A DNA stretch of 32,000 nucleotides from Xanthomonas campestris pv. campestris str. ATCC 33913 (GTDB taxonomy: Bacteria > Pseudomonadota > Gammaproteobacteria > Xanthomonadales > Xanthomonadaceae). Below the pieces are notes generated by a model. The model worked only from the letters and a program-made list of their open reading frames with translations, ran no database searches and was not told where the DNA came from. A program made the position numbers and the translations under genes. Position 1 is the first letter of the stretch; the number at the start of each line of letters is the position of its first letter. This document shows positions 12,470-21,952 of this stretch, piece after piece. The stretch covers positions 1,987,436 through 2,019,435 of the forward strand of contig NC_003902.1 of NCBI RefSeq assembly GCF_000007145.1. Direction: 5' to 3'.

Positions 12470-12603
12470 GCACTGCGCCGATGCATGCGCTGGCCGTTTC
12501 CCGAGCCGGTAGCGCAGAATTTCCCGCTGCCGCCACCAGGTTGGCCTCCCTAATCTAAGTGTGTCGCAGGCAGTCTCAGTCCGTGCGATACACCGCCGCT
12601 ACA

Positions 12604-12619
12604 TTAGCCCCATACCGAA
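12604..12619 (+). promoter_or_regulatory. Putative LexA site upstream of recA: TTAGCCCCATACCGAA
   Basis: Matches, from memory, the recA operator reported for Xanthomonas citri. It lies 23 nt upstream of the recA ATG. It is a non-palindromic half-consensus site, so confidence is moderate. Confidence 0.55.
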
Positions 12620-12641
12620 ATCACTGACGAGGATCACCCAG

Positions 12642-13673
12642 ATGGATGAGAACAAGAAGCGCGCCCTTTCCGCCGCCCTGAGCCAGATCGAAAAGCAATT
12701 CGGCAAAGGCTCGGTGATGCGCATGGGCGACCGGGTCATCGAGGCCGTCGAGGTCATCCCGACCGGTTCGCTGATGCTGGACATCGCACTGGGGATCGGC
12801 GGCCTGCCGAAGGGCCGCGTGGTCGAGATCTACGGGCCGGAATCCTCGGGCAAGACCACCCTCACACTGCAGGCCATTGCCGAATGCCAGAAGCTGGGCG
12901 GCACCGCGGCCTTCATCGACGCCGAGCATGCGCTGGACCCGATCTATGCCGCCAAGCTGGGCGTCAATGTCGATGACCTGCTGCTGTCGCAGCCGGATAC
13001 CGGTGAGCAGGCGCTGGAAATCGCCGACATGCTGGTGCGTTCGAGCTCGGTGGACATCGTGGTGATCGACTCGGTTGCCGCGCTGACCCCAAAGGCCGAA
13101 ATCGAAGGCGAGATGGGCGATCAGCTGCCCGGCCTGCAGGCCCGTTTGATGAGCCAGGCGCTGCGCAAGCTCACCGGCAACATCAAGCGCTCCAACACGT
13201 TGGTGGTCTTCATCAACCAGCTGCGCATGAAGATCGGCGTGATGATGCCGGGCCAGAGCCCGGAAGTGACCACCGGCGGCAATGCGCTGAAGTTCTACGC
13301 CTCGGTCCGCCTGGACATCCGCCGCATCGGTGCGATCAAGAAGGGTGACGAGATCATCGGCAACCAGACCAAGATCAAGGTGGTCAAGAACAAGCTGGCG
13401 CCTCCGTTCAAGCAGGTCATCACCGAGATCCTGTACGGCGAAGGCATCAGCCGCGAGGGTGAGCTGATCGATATGGGCGTGGAAGCCAAGCTGGTCGACA
13501 AGGCAGGTGCCTGGTACAGCTACGGCGACGAGCGCATCGGCCAGGGCAAGGACAACGCCCGTGGGTATCTGCGCGACAACCCGCAGGTGGCGATCAAGCT
13601 CGAAGCCGAGCTGCGCGAGAAGTTCCAGCCCGCCGAGGCGCCGCGTGAAGCCGGCGAGACCGAGAGCGAGTGA
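12642..13673 (+). CDS. recA: Recombinase RecA
   Basis: [30 protein letters not shown], Walker [10 protein letters not shown], and L1/L2 loop regions. SD gagga lies upstream of ATG 12642. Confidence 0.98.
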   Translation: MDENKKRALSAALSQIEKQFGKGSVMRMGDRVIEAVEVIPTGSLMLDIALGIGGLPKGRVVEIYGPESSGKTTLTLQAIAECQKLGGTAAFIDAEHALDPIYAAKLGVNVDDLLLSQPDTGEQALEIADMLVRSSSVDIVVIDSVAALTPKAEIEGEMGDQLPGLQARLMSQALRKLTGNIKRSNTLVVFINQLRMKIGVMMPGQSPEVTTGGNALKFYASVRLDIRRIGAIKKGDEIIGNQTKIKVVKNKLAPPFKQVITEILYGEGISREGELIDMGVEAKLVDKAGAWYSYGDERIGQGKDNARGYLRDNPQVAIKLEAELREKFQPAEAPREAGETESE

Positions 13674-13684
13674 GTTTTCCCTAT

Positions 13685-13721
13685 CGCGGGGACGGCGGAG
13701 TCAGTGCCGTCGCTCCTCGCG
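13685..13721 (+). other. Imperfect GC hairpin in the recA-recX spacer (possible attenuator)
   Basis: cgcg..gacggc-ggagtcagt-gccgtc..cgcg read directly. Partial termination between recA and recX is known in E. coli. The structure here is weak. Confidence 0.3.
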
Positions 13722-13788
13722 GTAGTTCTATCGAAAGCCAGGAGGGCGGGCGCCACGGACGGCGCATTTACCTTCGGGACACGTCACG

Positions 13789-14277
13789 ATGAGTGAGCAA
13801 GCGCCCGCACCGAAGCGGGGACGTCGGTTCAAGGAACAGACGCCGGTCCAACGTGCACTGGGATTACTGGTGCGCCGTGAACATTCCAAAAAAGAGTTGA
13901 ACCGCAAGTTGCAGGCGCGTGGCATCGAGCCCGAGGCCGCACAGGCCGCCGTTGAGCGGCTCGCAGGCGAGGGCTGGCAGGACGATGTACGCTTTGCAGC
14001 CTCGGTGGTCCGTAACCGGGCCAGTTCGGGGTATGGGCCGTTGCACATCCGCGCAGAACTTGGAACCCACGGCCTGGATAGCGACGCGGTCAGTGCAGCG
14101 ATGGCAACCTTCGAAGGGGACTGGACCGAAAACGCACTCGATCTGATACGTCGTCGTTTCGGCGAGGATGGGCCGGTTGACTTGGCACAGCGGCGCAAGG
14201 CTGCCGACCTGCTGGCGCGGCGCGGCTTCGATGGCAACAGCATTCGGCTGGCAACACGCTTCGACCTTGAGGACTGA
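13789..14277 (+). CDS. recX: RecA regulator RecX
   Basis: Position immediately after recA. About 160-aa helical-repeat protein ([39 protein letters not shown]). Confidence 0.92.
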
Positions 14278-14378
14278 GGGCGTCAGGCCTGCTACCCTTC
14301 GTGGTTTCAGGTTGTTCCGCTCCTCTGCGCCCACATCTCATGGGGTGACCGGGACCACCGCCCGCCCAATGCCAGCCC

Positions 14379-17027
14379 ATGAACGCACCCGCCAAATTCA
14401 GCACTTCCCAGATCCGTAGTGACTTCCTCGCGTTCTTCGAGGGGAAGGGCCACACCATCGTGCCATCCGCGCCGCTGGTGCCGGGCAACGATCCAACCTT
14501 GCTGTTCACCAATTCCGGCATGGTCCAGTTCAAGGATGTCTTCCTTGGCGCGGAAAAGCGCAGCTACGTGCGTGCCGCGGACGTGCAGCGCTGCCTGCGT
14601 GCCGGTGGCAAGCACAACGATCTGGATTCGGTGGGCTACACCGCGCGCCACCACACCTTCTTCGAGATGTTGGGCAACTGGTCGTTCGGTGATTACTTCA
14701 AGAAGGACGCCATTGCCTGGGCGTGGGAGCTGCTGACGCAGGTCTGGAAGCTGCCGGCTGATCGCTTGCTGGTCACGGTGTACCACACCGACGAAGAGGC
14801 CTTTGAACTCTGGCGCGACATGATCGGCATCCCGGAAAGCCGCATCGTGCGCATCGGCGACAACAAGGGCGCGCCGTATGCCTCGGACAACTTCTGGCAG
14901 ATGGCCGACACCGGTCCCTGCGGTCCGTGCACCGAAATTTTCTTCGATCATGGCGATCACATCGCCGGCGGCCCACCGGGTTCGCCCGATGAAGACGGCG
15001 ACCGCTTCATCGAAATCTGGAACCTGGTGTTCATGCAGTTCGATCGCCAGCCAGACGGCACCCTGGTGGCGTTGCCGGCCCCGTGCGTGGATACCGGCAT
15101 GGGCCTGGAGCGGCTGGCCGCCATCCTGCAGCACGTGCACACCAATTACGAAATCGACGTCTTCCAGGCGCTGATCGGTAAGGCCAGCGCGCTGACCGGC
15201 ATTGCGGATCTGGAAAACAAGTCGCTGCGGGTGATCGCCGATCACATCCGCGCCTGTTCGTTCCTGATCGTGGATGGCGTGTTGCCATCCAATGAAGGGC
15301 GTGGCTATGTGCTGCGCCGGATCATCCGTCGCGCGTTGCGGCATGGCTGGATGCTGGGCGTCCGCCAGCTGTTCTTCAGCAAGATGGTGCCCACGCTGGT
15401 CGAGCTGATGGGCGAGGCCTATCCCGAGCTGGTGGTCGCGCAGGAGACCGTGGCGCGTGCGTTGCTGGCCGAAGAAGAACGGTTTGCCGAGACGCTCGAC
15501 GCTGGCATGAAGATCTTCGATGACGTCGCGTCGCGCTCGCAGGAGATCATTCCGGGCGCGGATGCGTTCCGTCTTTACGACACCTACGGCTTCCCGGTCG
15601 ATCTCACCGCCGACATCGCACGTGAGCGCGGAATGCGCGTGGACATGGAGGGCTTTGAGTTCGCCATGGAGCGTCAGCGCGAAACCGCGCGCGCGGCAGG
15701 CAAATTCGGTGGCGGCGTGGCGCTGCCTGCGGATCTGGTGGCCACCATGGCGCCGACCGTGTTCCTTGGCTACGAAGCCCAGGATGCTGACGCGCTGAAG
15801 GTCGTCGCGTTGCTCAAGCAGGGGCGGCCGGTGGACCGTGCCGAGGCCGGTGATGAGGTCATCGTGTTCACCGATCGCACGCCGTTCTACGCCGAATCTG
15901 GCGGCCAGGTCGGCGACAGCGGTCAGCTCAGCGGCACGGACGTCAGTATTGAGGTCGCCGACACACAAAAGTTCGCTGGCCAATTCCATGGGCATGTCGG
16001 GCGTATCGCGGAGGGCGCACTGAAACTTGGCGACGTGTTGTCCGGTGGTATCGATGTGCAGCGTCGTGGCAAGACCATCCTCAACCACTCGGCCACGCAT
16101 CTGCTGCATGCCGCGTTGCGCGAGGTGCTGGGGACCCACGTGCAGCAGAAGGGCTCGCTGGTGGCGCCGGATCGCCTGCGCTTTGACTTCTCGCATTTCC
16201 AGCCGATCACTGCGGAAGAACTTGCAGTGATCGAGCGCAAGGTCAATGCGGAAGTGCGCACCAACCACAGCGTTGAAGTGCACAACATGGCCATGCAGGA
16301 GGCCCTGGACTTCGGTGCGATGGCGCTGTTTGGCGAAAAGTATGGCGAGCGCGTACGCGTGCTCAAGATGGGCGGCTATTCGACCGAACTGTGCGGCGGC
16401 ACCCATGTCAGCCGCACCGGTGACATCGGCTTGTTCAAGATCACCTCTGAAGGCGGCGTCTCTTCCGGCGTGCGCCGCATCGAAGCGGTGACAGGGCAGG
16501 GCGCACTCGACTACGTGGCTGAAGAGGAGCGTCGTCTGGGTGAGGCCGCAAACCTGCTCGGCGGCAACAGCACCGAGATCGTCGACAAGGTGCGGGCGCT
16601 GACCGATCGCCAGAAGCGCCTGGAGCGCGAGCTGGAGTCGCTCAAAGCCAAGCTTGCATCCGGCGCGACCGCCGACCTCGGCGCCAGCGCGGTGGACGTG
16701 GCAGGCGTCAAGGTGATTGCGGTGCGCCTTGAGGGATTCGACGCCAAGGCGTTGCGCGAGGCCATGGATCGCCTGAAACAACAATTGGGCGACTCGGTGA
16801 TCGTGCTGGCCGGCGCTGCAGGCGGCAAGGTCGCCCTGGTGGCCGGCGTGAACGGCAGCCCAACTGGCAAGGTGAAGGCAGGGGAACTCCTTGGCCATAT
16901 CGCCAGTCAGATCGGGGGCAAGGGCGGTGGCCGTCCGGATCTCGCCCAGGGTGGTGGCGAGGACGGGCCCGCCCTTGCGACTGCGCTCCAAGGCGTGCCC
17001 TCCTGGGTCAAGCAACACTTGGGCTGA
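14379..17027 (+). CDS. alaS: Alanine--tRNA ligase
   Basis: [33 protein letters not shown], editing-domain HSATHLLH and CGGTHV, C-terminal [15 protein letters not shown]. Confidence 0.98.
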   Translation: MNAPAKFSTSQIRSDFLAFFEGKGHTIVPSAPLVPGNDPTLLFTNSGMVQFKDVFLGAEKRSYVRAADVQRCLRAGGKHNDLDSVGYTARHHTFFEMLGNWSFGDYFKKDAIAWAWELLTQVWKLPADRLLVTVYHTDEEAFELWRDMIGIPESRIVRIGDNKGAPYASDNFWQMADTGPCGPCTEIFFDHGDHIAGGPPGSPDEDGDRFIEIWNLVFMQFDRQPDGTLVALPAPCVDTGMGLERLAAILQHVHTNYEIDVFQALIGKASALTGIADLENKSLRVIADHIRACSFLIVDGVLPSNEGRGYVLRRIIRRALRHGWMLGVRQLFFSKMVPTLVELMGEAYPELVVAQETVARALLAEEERFAETLDAGMKIFDDVASRSQEIIPGADAFRLYDTYGFPVDLTADIARERGMRVDMEGFEFAMERQRETARAAGKFGGGVALPADLVATMAPTVFLGYEAQDADALKVVALLKQGRPVDRAEAGDEVIVFTDRTPFYAESGGQVGDSGQLSGTDVSIEVADTQKFAGQFHGHVGRIAEGALKLGDVLSGGIDVQRRGKTILNHSATHLLHAALREVLGTHVQQKGSLVAPDRLRFDFSHFQPITAEELAVIERKVNAEVRTNHSVEVHNMAMQEALDFGAMALFGEKYGERVRVLKMGGYSTELCGGTHVSRTGDIGLFKITSEGGVSSGVRRIEAVTGQGALDYVAEEERRLGEAANLLGGNSTEIVDKVRALTDRQKRLERELESLKAKLASGATADLGASAVDVAGVKVIAVRLEGFDAKALREAMDRLKQQLGDSVIVLAGAAGGKVALVAGVNGSPTGKVKAGELLGHIASQIGGKGGGRPDLAQGGGEDGPALATALQGVPSWVKQHLG

Positions 17028-17035
17028 ACACTTGT

Positions 17036-17061
17036 CCTGCCAAGCCTTGCTGGCTGGCAGG
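17036..17061 (+). other. Hairpin after alaS (cctgcca-N12-tggcagg)
   Basis: 7-bp stem read directly 9 nt after the alaS stop. There is no T-tract. Confidence 0.3.
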
Positions 17062-17168
17062 ATGTCCCGCTACCATTTCTGGTCTTTATCCCCTTTACCT
17101 AGGGCGCGTCTCATTCAGGAGGCCGCCGATGCTGGTGGGATACCTGCCAGTTCCAGGAGATTTGCAAA

Positions 17169-17381
17169 ATGTTGATCCTCACTCGCCGAGTAGGCGAAAC
17201 CCTGATGATCGGCGACTTGGTCACCGTGACCGTGCTCGGCGTCAAGGGAAATCAGGTGCGCATTGGCATTGACGCGCCTAAGGATGTTGCCGTGCATCGC
17301 GAAGAAATCTATCAGCGCATCCAGCGCGGTGACGAGCCGGTTGCGTCCGGTGCGCATCACAACGACGATTGTTCGGACTGA
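17169..17381 (+). CDS. csrA: Carbon storage regulator CsrA/RsmA
   Basis: [37 protein letters not shown] aggaga lies 8 nt upstream. Confidence 0.96.
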   Translation: MLILTRRVGETLMIGDLVTVTVLGVKGNQVRIGIDAPKDVAVHREEIYQRIQRGDEPVASGAHHNDDCSD

Positions 17382-17395
17382 TTGATTCAAAAGGG

Positions 17396-17425
17396 TTTAC
17401 GTTAGCCCCTCTTACCCGGTATTCT
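17396..17425 (+). promoter_or_regulatory. Candidate sigma70 promoter for tRNA-Ser (TTTACG-18 nt-TATTCT, then a GC-rich discriminator)
   Basis: Hexamers read by eye, each 4/6 to consensus. It lies about 40 nt upstream of the tRNA. Confidence 0.3.
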
Positions 17426-17466
17426 TCGCGGCCTGCCACGAGACACCGCGGCAGGATGCAAAAACT

Positions 17467-17559
17467 GGAGCGATGCCCGAGCGGCTGAAGGGGCTCCCCT
17501 GCTAAGGGAGTATAGGGTCAAAAGCTCTATCGAGGGTTCGAATCCCTCTCGCTCCGCCA
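17467..17559 (+). tRNA. serV: tRNA-Ser (anticodon GCU), long variable arm, encoded CCA
   Basis: Cloverleaf folded by hand. Acceptor GGAGCGA/TCGCTCC, anticodon stem CTCCC/GGGAG with loop CT-GCT-AA, variable arm ATAG..CTAT, T-arm GAGGG-TTCGAAT-CCCTC. Confidence 0.95.
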
Positions 17560-17563
17560 GTTC

Positions 17564-17600
17564 AAAAAACACCCGCAAATCCCTGATTTGCGGGTGTTTT
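17564..17600 (+). terminator. Rho-independent terminator after tRNA-Ser
   Basis: aaaaaacacccgcaaat-ccctg-atttgcgggtgtttt: a long perfect stem flanked by A and T runs. Confidence 0.85.
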
Positions 17601-18595
17601 CATTTGTGCGTTCGCCAAGTAGAAGATATCGCTCCATCTGCTTCGCACGCTCGGATGCTCCGTGTGGTTGCAGTGGTCAAAGTGATTGTCCAGGCGGACG
17701 GCGCTACCCAGCATCACACGTGCAGTGCGATCACTTGCAGGCATGACCCGTCCACTGGCATGCAGGCCCTAAAGCCGCCTCGGCGCTACTTTCAGGTCTA
17801 TGCAGGCATCTTGGAGTTGCGGATGGCGTGGTGTTGGCTGCTGTTGCCATGCATTGCGGTGCCGGTGTCGAACGGCATCAGCGCGTGCCGGCGTGCAATG
17901 CGGCTGTTCGCTGGGCCCTGGGTATGACCACGCATCGCCTGGCCTTGAGCGCAGGGCCGTTCCTTTTGGCTACATCCTGTGCTCGATCAGCTAAACAGCA
18001 AACGCAGCATCGTCAGGCGTTGCTTCTGCTGCACTTGCTCGCCGGCTGATATGGCTGAGATGCCTCCAATTGATGATGGTTTCGGTTTCTAGCGAAGGTC
18101 GCTCCGGAATTTCGGCACGACAGTCTCTGCCTGCAGATTGAGACTACCGGTGTGGCTGGCATTGATTGGATGCGTTGCGTCGTGGTCGCATCACAGGGTG
18201 CCGATGGTGTCTCAACCGCATCCGTGGCACAGCACCGCGTCCGATGATCACGCGATCTATTTCCTTGGCGTCCACGCAACGATAGTGCGATTGCCGCCTG
18301 GCGTGGGTGCTTCGTCCTTGGAGCGATTTCATGGCATTGCGAAGAGTAAACTCGCAATGCCAGGGCGGCCTTTGCATGCGCGCAAGCCATGCCGGCCGCC
18401 GATGGATAGGAACAACTGATCGATGAGCGCTCGCGAGATAGCGCTACCTAAGCTTCTTCAGTGATGTGGCCGGTCCAGAAGAGCCCGGTTTTCGCCTTAA
18501 ATCATGCATAAACCTGCCTTCGTGCGCGCTCGGAAACGGTCAAGGATTCGATCGGTGAGCCGCTAAAGATGTGACCCACGCCACGGAACGTTGGA

Positions 18596-20560
18596 ATGCG
18601 CTTGCAGCCGCTTGTTGGACGTCTTACCTCTCTTTGGACCCGAGGGCTGCAGCACAAGGCCACCGCGATGGATCGGGTCATGGCCGTCATCGAGTTCGAT
18701 CTGGAGGGCCGCATCCTGGATGCGAACCACAACTTCCTCGCTTTGATGGGCTATCGGCTGGAAGATGTGGTCGGCAAGCATCACCGCATGTTCGTGCACC
18801 CGAGCGAGCGCGAGAGCGATGGGTACCGGCAGTTCTGGGACACGCTGCGGCGCGGCGACTTCCATGCAGGGCGCTATTGCCGCCTGGGTAATGGTGAGCG
18901 CGAGGTGTGGATCAACGCCTCCTATAACCCGCTGCTGGATCGCTCCGGTAAGCCGTATCGCGTGGTGAAGTACGCCACCGACATCACCGCGCAGGTGCGC
19001 CAGACCGCCGATTTCGAAGGCCGCATCGACGCGATCGACAAGGTGATGGCGGTGATCGAGTTTTCGCTGGATGGCACGGTGCTCGATGCCAATGCCAATT
19101 TTCTTGAGGTCATGGGCTACCGGCTGGACGAAATCCGTGGCCAGCACCACCGTCTGTTTGTCGAACCGGCGCAGCGGCAGTCGGCCGAATACCGCGTGTT
19201 CTGGGAAAAGCTCGGGCGTGGCGAATTCGATGCCGGGCGCTACAAACGCGTGGGCAGGGACGGGCGCGAGGTCTGGATCCAGGCCTCCTACAACCCGGTG
19301 CTGGACGAGCGTGGGCGCCCTTACAAGGTCATCAAGTACGCCACCGACATCACGCGTCAGGTGGTGGAATCCGCCGATGCGGACGGCCGGATCCAGGCGA
19401 TCGCCAAGGTGATGGGGGTGATTGAGTTCGACCTGGATGGCCGGGTGCTGAGTGCCAATGACAACTTTCTGGCGATCCTTGGTTACCGCGCCGACGAGGC
19501 GATCGGCAAGCATCACAGCGTGTTCGTCGATGCTGCCTACAGCGCCTCGGAAGACTACCGTCAGTTCTGGGCCACGCTGGCGCGCGGGCAGTTCGATGCG
19601 GGCCGGTATCGGCGCCTGCGCAAGGACGGCAGCACGGCCTGGATCCAGGCCTCCTACAACCCGATCCTGGATGTGTCCGGGCGCCCATACAAAGTGGTGA
19701 AGTACGCCACCGACGTCACCGACCAGGTGCGCTCGGCCGAGCGCATGCGCGATCTGGTGCGGCAAACCATGGGCATTGCGCAGAACGTACAGCGCGAGGC
19801 GCACCATATTTCGGCAAGCAACCAGGAATTGGTGAGCCGTGCGGCCAGCCAGTCCGATGCCGTGCAGCAGACCTCCACCAGCATCGAGCAGCTGGCCGAG
19901 ACGGTGCGCGCCAATTCGGAAAACGCCGGCGCTGCGCAACACATGGCCGAAGAGTCAGCCACTGTGGCGCGCAAGGGCGCGCACGTCATTGCCGAGGTCG
20001 TGCAGACCACTTCCAGCATTCGCAAGGCGACCGACCGTATCGGCCAGATCATCGAGGTGATCGACGGCATTGCCTTTCAGACCAACATCCTGGCGCTCAA
20101 CGCAGCGGTGGAAGCGGCGCGTGCAGGCGAGCAGGGCAGGGGCTTTGCCGTGGTGGCGACCGAGGTGCGCAGCCTGGCGCAGCGCTGCAGCGTGTCTGCG
20201 CGCGAAATTCGCTCACTGATCGAAGACGCCACCAATCAGGTGGGCGATGGCTCACGCCTGGCCGAGCAGGCCGGCAAGGTGATGCAGGACATGGTCACCT
20301 CGGTGTTGAAGGTGACCGCGACCGTGGAGCAGATCGCCGCAGCCAGCCAGGTGCAGGCGCAGGACATTTCCACTGCCAATCAGGCGCTGCAGTCGATCGG
20401 TGTACAGGCGCGTGATCAGGCGCAGATGGTCGATGATCTGGCGCGCTCTGCGCGTGTGCTGGAGGCCGATGCGGACGCATTATTCGCGCTGGTCAATGGC
20501 GACGAGGTCGGTCAGCCGCAGGACGCACCCGCGGTGGAGGTGTTGGCACGGCGTGCGTGA
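18596..20560 (+). CDS. Soluble methyl-accepting chemotaxis protein with three tandem PAS domains (BdlA/McpS-like architecture)
   Basis: No hydrophobic TM segment. Three 122-aa PAS modules are followed by the MCP signalling hairpin EAARAGEQGRGFAVVATEVRSLAQR. The start is uncertain (ATG 18596 or ATG 18668). Confidence 0.9.
   Translation: MRLQPLVGRLTSLWTRGLQHKATAMDRVMAVIEFDLEGRILDANHNFLALMGYRLEDVVGKHHRMFVHPSERESDGYRQFWDTLRRGDFHAGRYCRLGNGEREVWINASYNPLLDRSGKPYRVVKYATDITAQVRQTADFEGRIDAIDKVMAVIEFSLDGTVLDANANFLEVMGYRLDEIRGQHHRLFVEPAQRQSAEYRVFWEKLGRGEFDAGRYKRVGRDGREVWIQASYNPVLDERGRPYKVIKYATDITRQVVESADADGRIQAIAKVMGVIEFDLDGRVLSANDNFLAILGYRADEAIGKHHSVFVDAAYSASEDYRQFWATLARGQFDAGRYRRLRKDGSTAWIQASYNPILDVSGRPYKVVKYATDVTDQVRSAERMRDLVRQTMGIAQNVQREAHHISASNQELVSRAASQSDAVQQTSTSIEQLAETVRANSENAGAAQHMAEESATVARKGAHVIAEVVQTTSSIRKATDRIGQIIEVIDGIAFQTNILALNAAVEAARAGEQGRGFAVVATEVRSLAQRCSVSAREIRSLIEDATNQVGDGSRLAEQAGKVMQDMVTSVLKVTATVEQIAAASQVQAQDISTANQALQSIGVQARDQAQMVDDLARSARVLEADADALFALVNGDEVGQPQDAPAVEVLARRA
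18668..19765 (+). repeat. Three in-frame 366-bp (122-aa) PAS-module repeats inside the MCP gene (18668-19033, 19034-19399, 19400-19765)
   Basis: Repeat 1 and repeat 2 share 76/122 residues by hand count. All three share V(I/M)EF..G..L.AN.NFL...GYR...G.HH..FV...Y..FW..L.RG.F.AGRY.R....G...WI.ASYNP.LD..G.PY.V.KYATD.T. Confidence 0.9.
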
Positions 20561-21158
20561 TGCATGTGGCTAGCATTCTTTGCGGGCGCTGACTGTTTCG
20601 CTTGCACGTGGGTTGGAGTCCGGTTGGTTGGATAAAGCGCGTGTGCTGGAGCAGTGGCAGGCATGCTCGTTCTGCTGATCGACCGGTATGCTCAGTGCGT
20701 GGCTAGCGAGTGATGCAACGCGCCGTGTGTGCAGCGCCGCTGGAGTGCTCCGCGTTGGTCGCCGTGTGGCGCGTGTGGTGCGATTTGTCCGTAGTGCGGT
20801 GGACCCGGAAGCGCCCACGTTGCAGAGCATGCCTGTGCGAAATGCACGCTTGTACGTCCTGCGGTTTGTGATGTGCCGAGCAGAGTGCTTCTCGAATCGT
20901 CGTGCGTTGATTCGGATTGCTTGCATCGCATCAAATCGCGGCGCGTTCATTGCGTTTGGCCCGTGTCGTCGCGTGGCTGACTACTGCAAGAAGCGCAGCC
21001 CCTATGGTTCTACTGCCGTTATCGCCGCCAGGCAGCCGAGGCTGCAGCGCAGAGGTGCGGCTACACCCTTGGCATGACACGGTGCCTACGCCACCTGTCA
21101 TTCAATCAAGCAGGCATGTTCTAACGCCTGCTGCAGTCGAGGCAGCCGATGCCACAAC

Positions 21159-21184
21159 AAAAACCCGCCAGTCGGCGGGTTTTT
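21159..21184. terminator. Bidirectional rho-independent terminator (aaaaacccgcc-agtc-ggcgggttttt)
   Basis: Perfect stem with an A-run and a T-run. It lies 67 nt beyond the pirin stop (minus strand) and about 600 nt beyond the MCP stop (plus strand). Confidence 0.8.
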
Positions 21185-21250
21185 GCATTACTGGTGCGCA
21201 GTCGCAGCGCTCGTGACTCCGATGCATGAAGGCGACGCACTGCCAACCAC

Positions 21251-21952
21251 TCACTGCGGCAGGTCGAACACCAACACTTCGGCATCACGGGCATCGGCCA
21301 GCACGATCTCCGGCTCGCCCGTCACCTGCAAGGCATCACCGGCCGACAGCACCTGGCCGTTGACGGTCAGGCTACCGCGCGCCACCTGCACATAGCCGAG
21401 GCGGCCCTGAGCCAGCGGGTGCTGCAGGCGACCGTCGCCGTCCAGGATGGTGGCGTACAGGCGCGCATCCTGGTGCAGCTTCAGCGAGCCACCGTCGCCG
21501 TTGGGCGAGGCGATCAGGCGCAAGGTGTTGCGCTTGCTGTCGGCGTCGAAATGCTTTTCCTCGTAGCTGGGCTCGATGCCGTTGCGCTCGGGCATCACCC
21601 AGATCTGCAGGAAGTGCACCGGGTCGCTGGCCGAGTGGTTGAACTCGCTGTGGGTCACGCCGCTGCCGGCGCTCATGCGCTGCACATCTCCGTAATGCAG
21701 GACCGAGCTGGTGCCCATGCTGTCCTTGTGCTCCAGTGCGCCGTCCAGCACGTAGGAAATGATCTCCATGTCGCGGTGGGCATGCGTACCGAAACCTTCG
21801 CCCGCCTTTACCTTGTCTTCGTTGATCACGCGCAGCGGGCCGATGCCCATGTGGCGCGGATCGTGGTAGCTGGCGAAGGAGAAGGTATGACGCGAGGACA
21901 GCCAGCCGTGCTCGGCGCGGCCACGGGTTTCGCTCTTGCGGACAGTCAACAT
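21251..21952 (-). CDS. Pirin-family bicupin protein (YhhW/quercetinase-like)
   Basis: [40 protein letters not shown] cupin metal-site motif, and a second cupin domain. SD ggagaa lies upstream of ATG 21952. Confidence 0.93.
   Translation of the reverse strand: MLTVRKSETRGRAEHGWLSSRHTFSFASYHDPRHMGIGPLRVINEDKVKAGEGFGTHAHRDMEIISYVLDGALEHKDSMGTSSVLHYGDVQRMSAGSGVTHSEFNHSASDPVHFLQIWVMPERNGIEPSYEEKHFDADSKRNTLRLIASPNGDGGSLKLHQDARLYATILDGDGRLQHPLAQGRLGYVQVARGSLTVNGQVLSAGDALQVTGEPEIVLADARDAEVLVFDLPQ

Noticed and set aside
6114-13673. The cinA/pncC-like gene lies in the same neighbourhood as lexA-recA-recX. cinA-recA operons exist in Firmicutes.
   Set aside because: The genes are separated by about 6 kb and by two unrelated genes, and no LexA box is visible upstream of 6114. 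I make no operon or SOS-regulon claim.
14307-17018. A 903-aa ORF antisense to alaS.
   Set aside because: It is a mirror-frame open reading frame of the kind typical for high-GC DNA. The translation is Arg/Ala/His/Gly-rich with no motifs, while the sense strand encodes an unmistakable AlaRS.
17402-17419. A second copy of TTAGCCCC, the first half of the putative recA LexA site, located in the spacer of the candidate tRNA-Ser promoter (TTAGCCCCTCTTACCCGG).
   Set aside because: An 8-mer is expected about once by chance in 64 kb of two-strand sequence. The second half does not match TACTA or ACCGAA well. SOS control of a tRNA gene has no precedent that I know of.
18541-18556. aaggattcgatcgg weakly resembles the tRNA-Ser T-arm (gggttcgaatccc), so it could be an attR.
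   Set aside because: Only about 9 of 13 positions match and there is no extension into the acceptor stem. This is not distinguishable from chance.
17737-21118. The 9-mer GCAGGCATG occurs at about 17737, 20657 and 21110, with GCAGGCATC at 17802. All are in the ORF-poor DNA flanking the MCP gene, so they could be terminal repeats of a cassette.
   Set aside because: The shared sequence does not extend beyond 9 nt. The orientation is direct rather than inverted. No target-site duplication or transposase is present. This is too little to call a mobile-element boundary.
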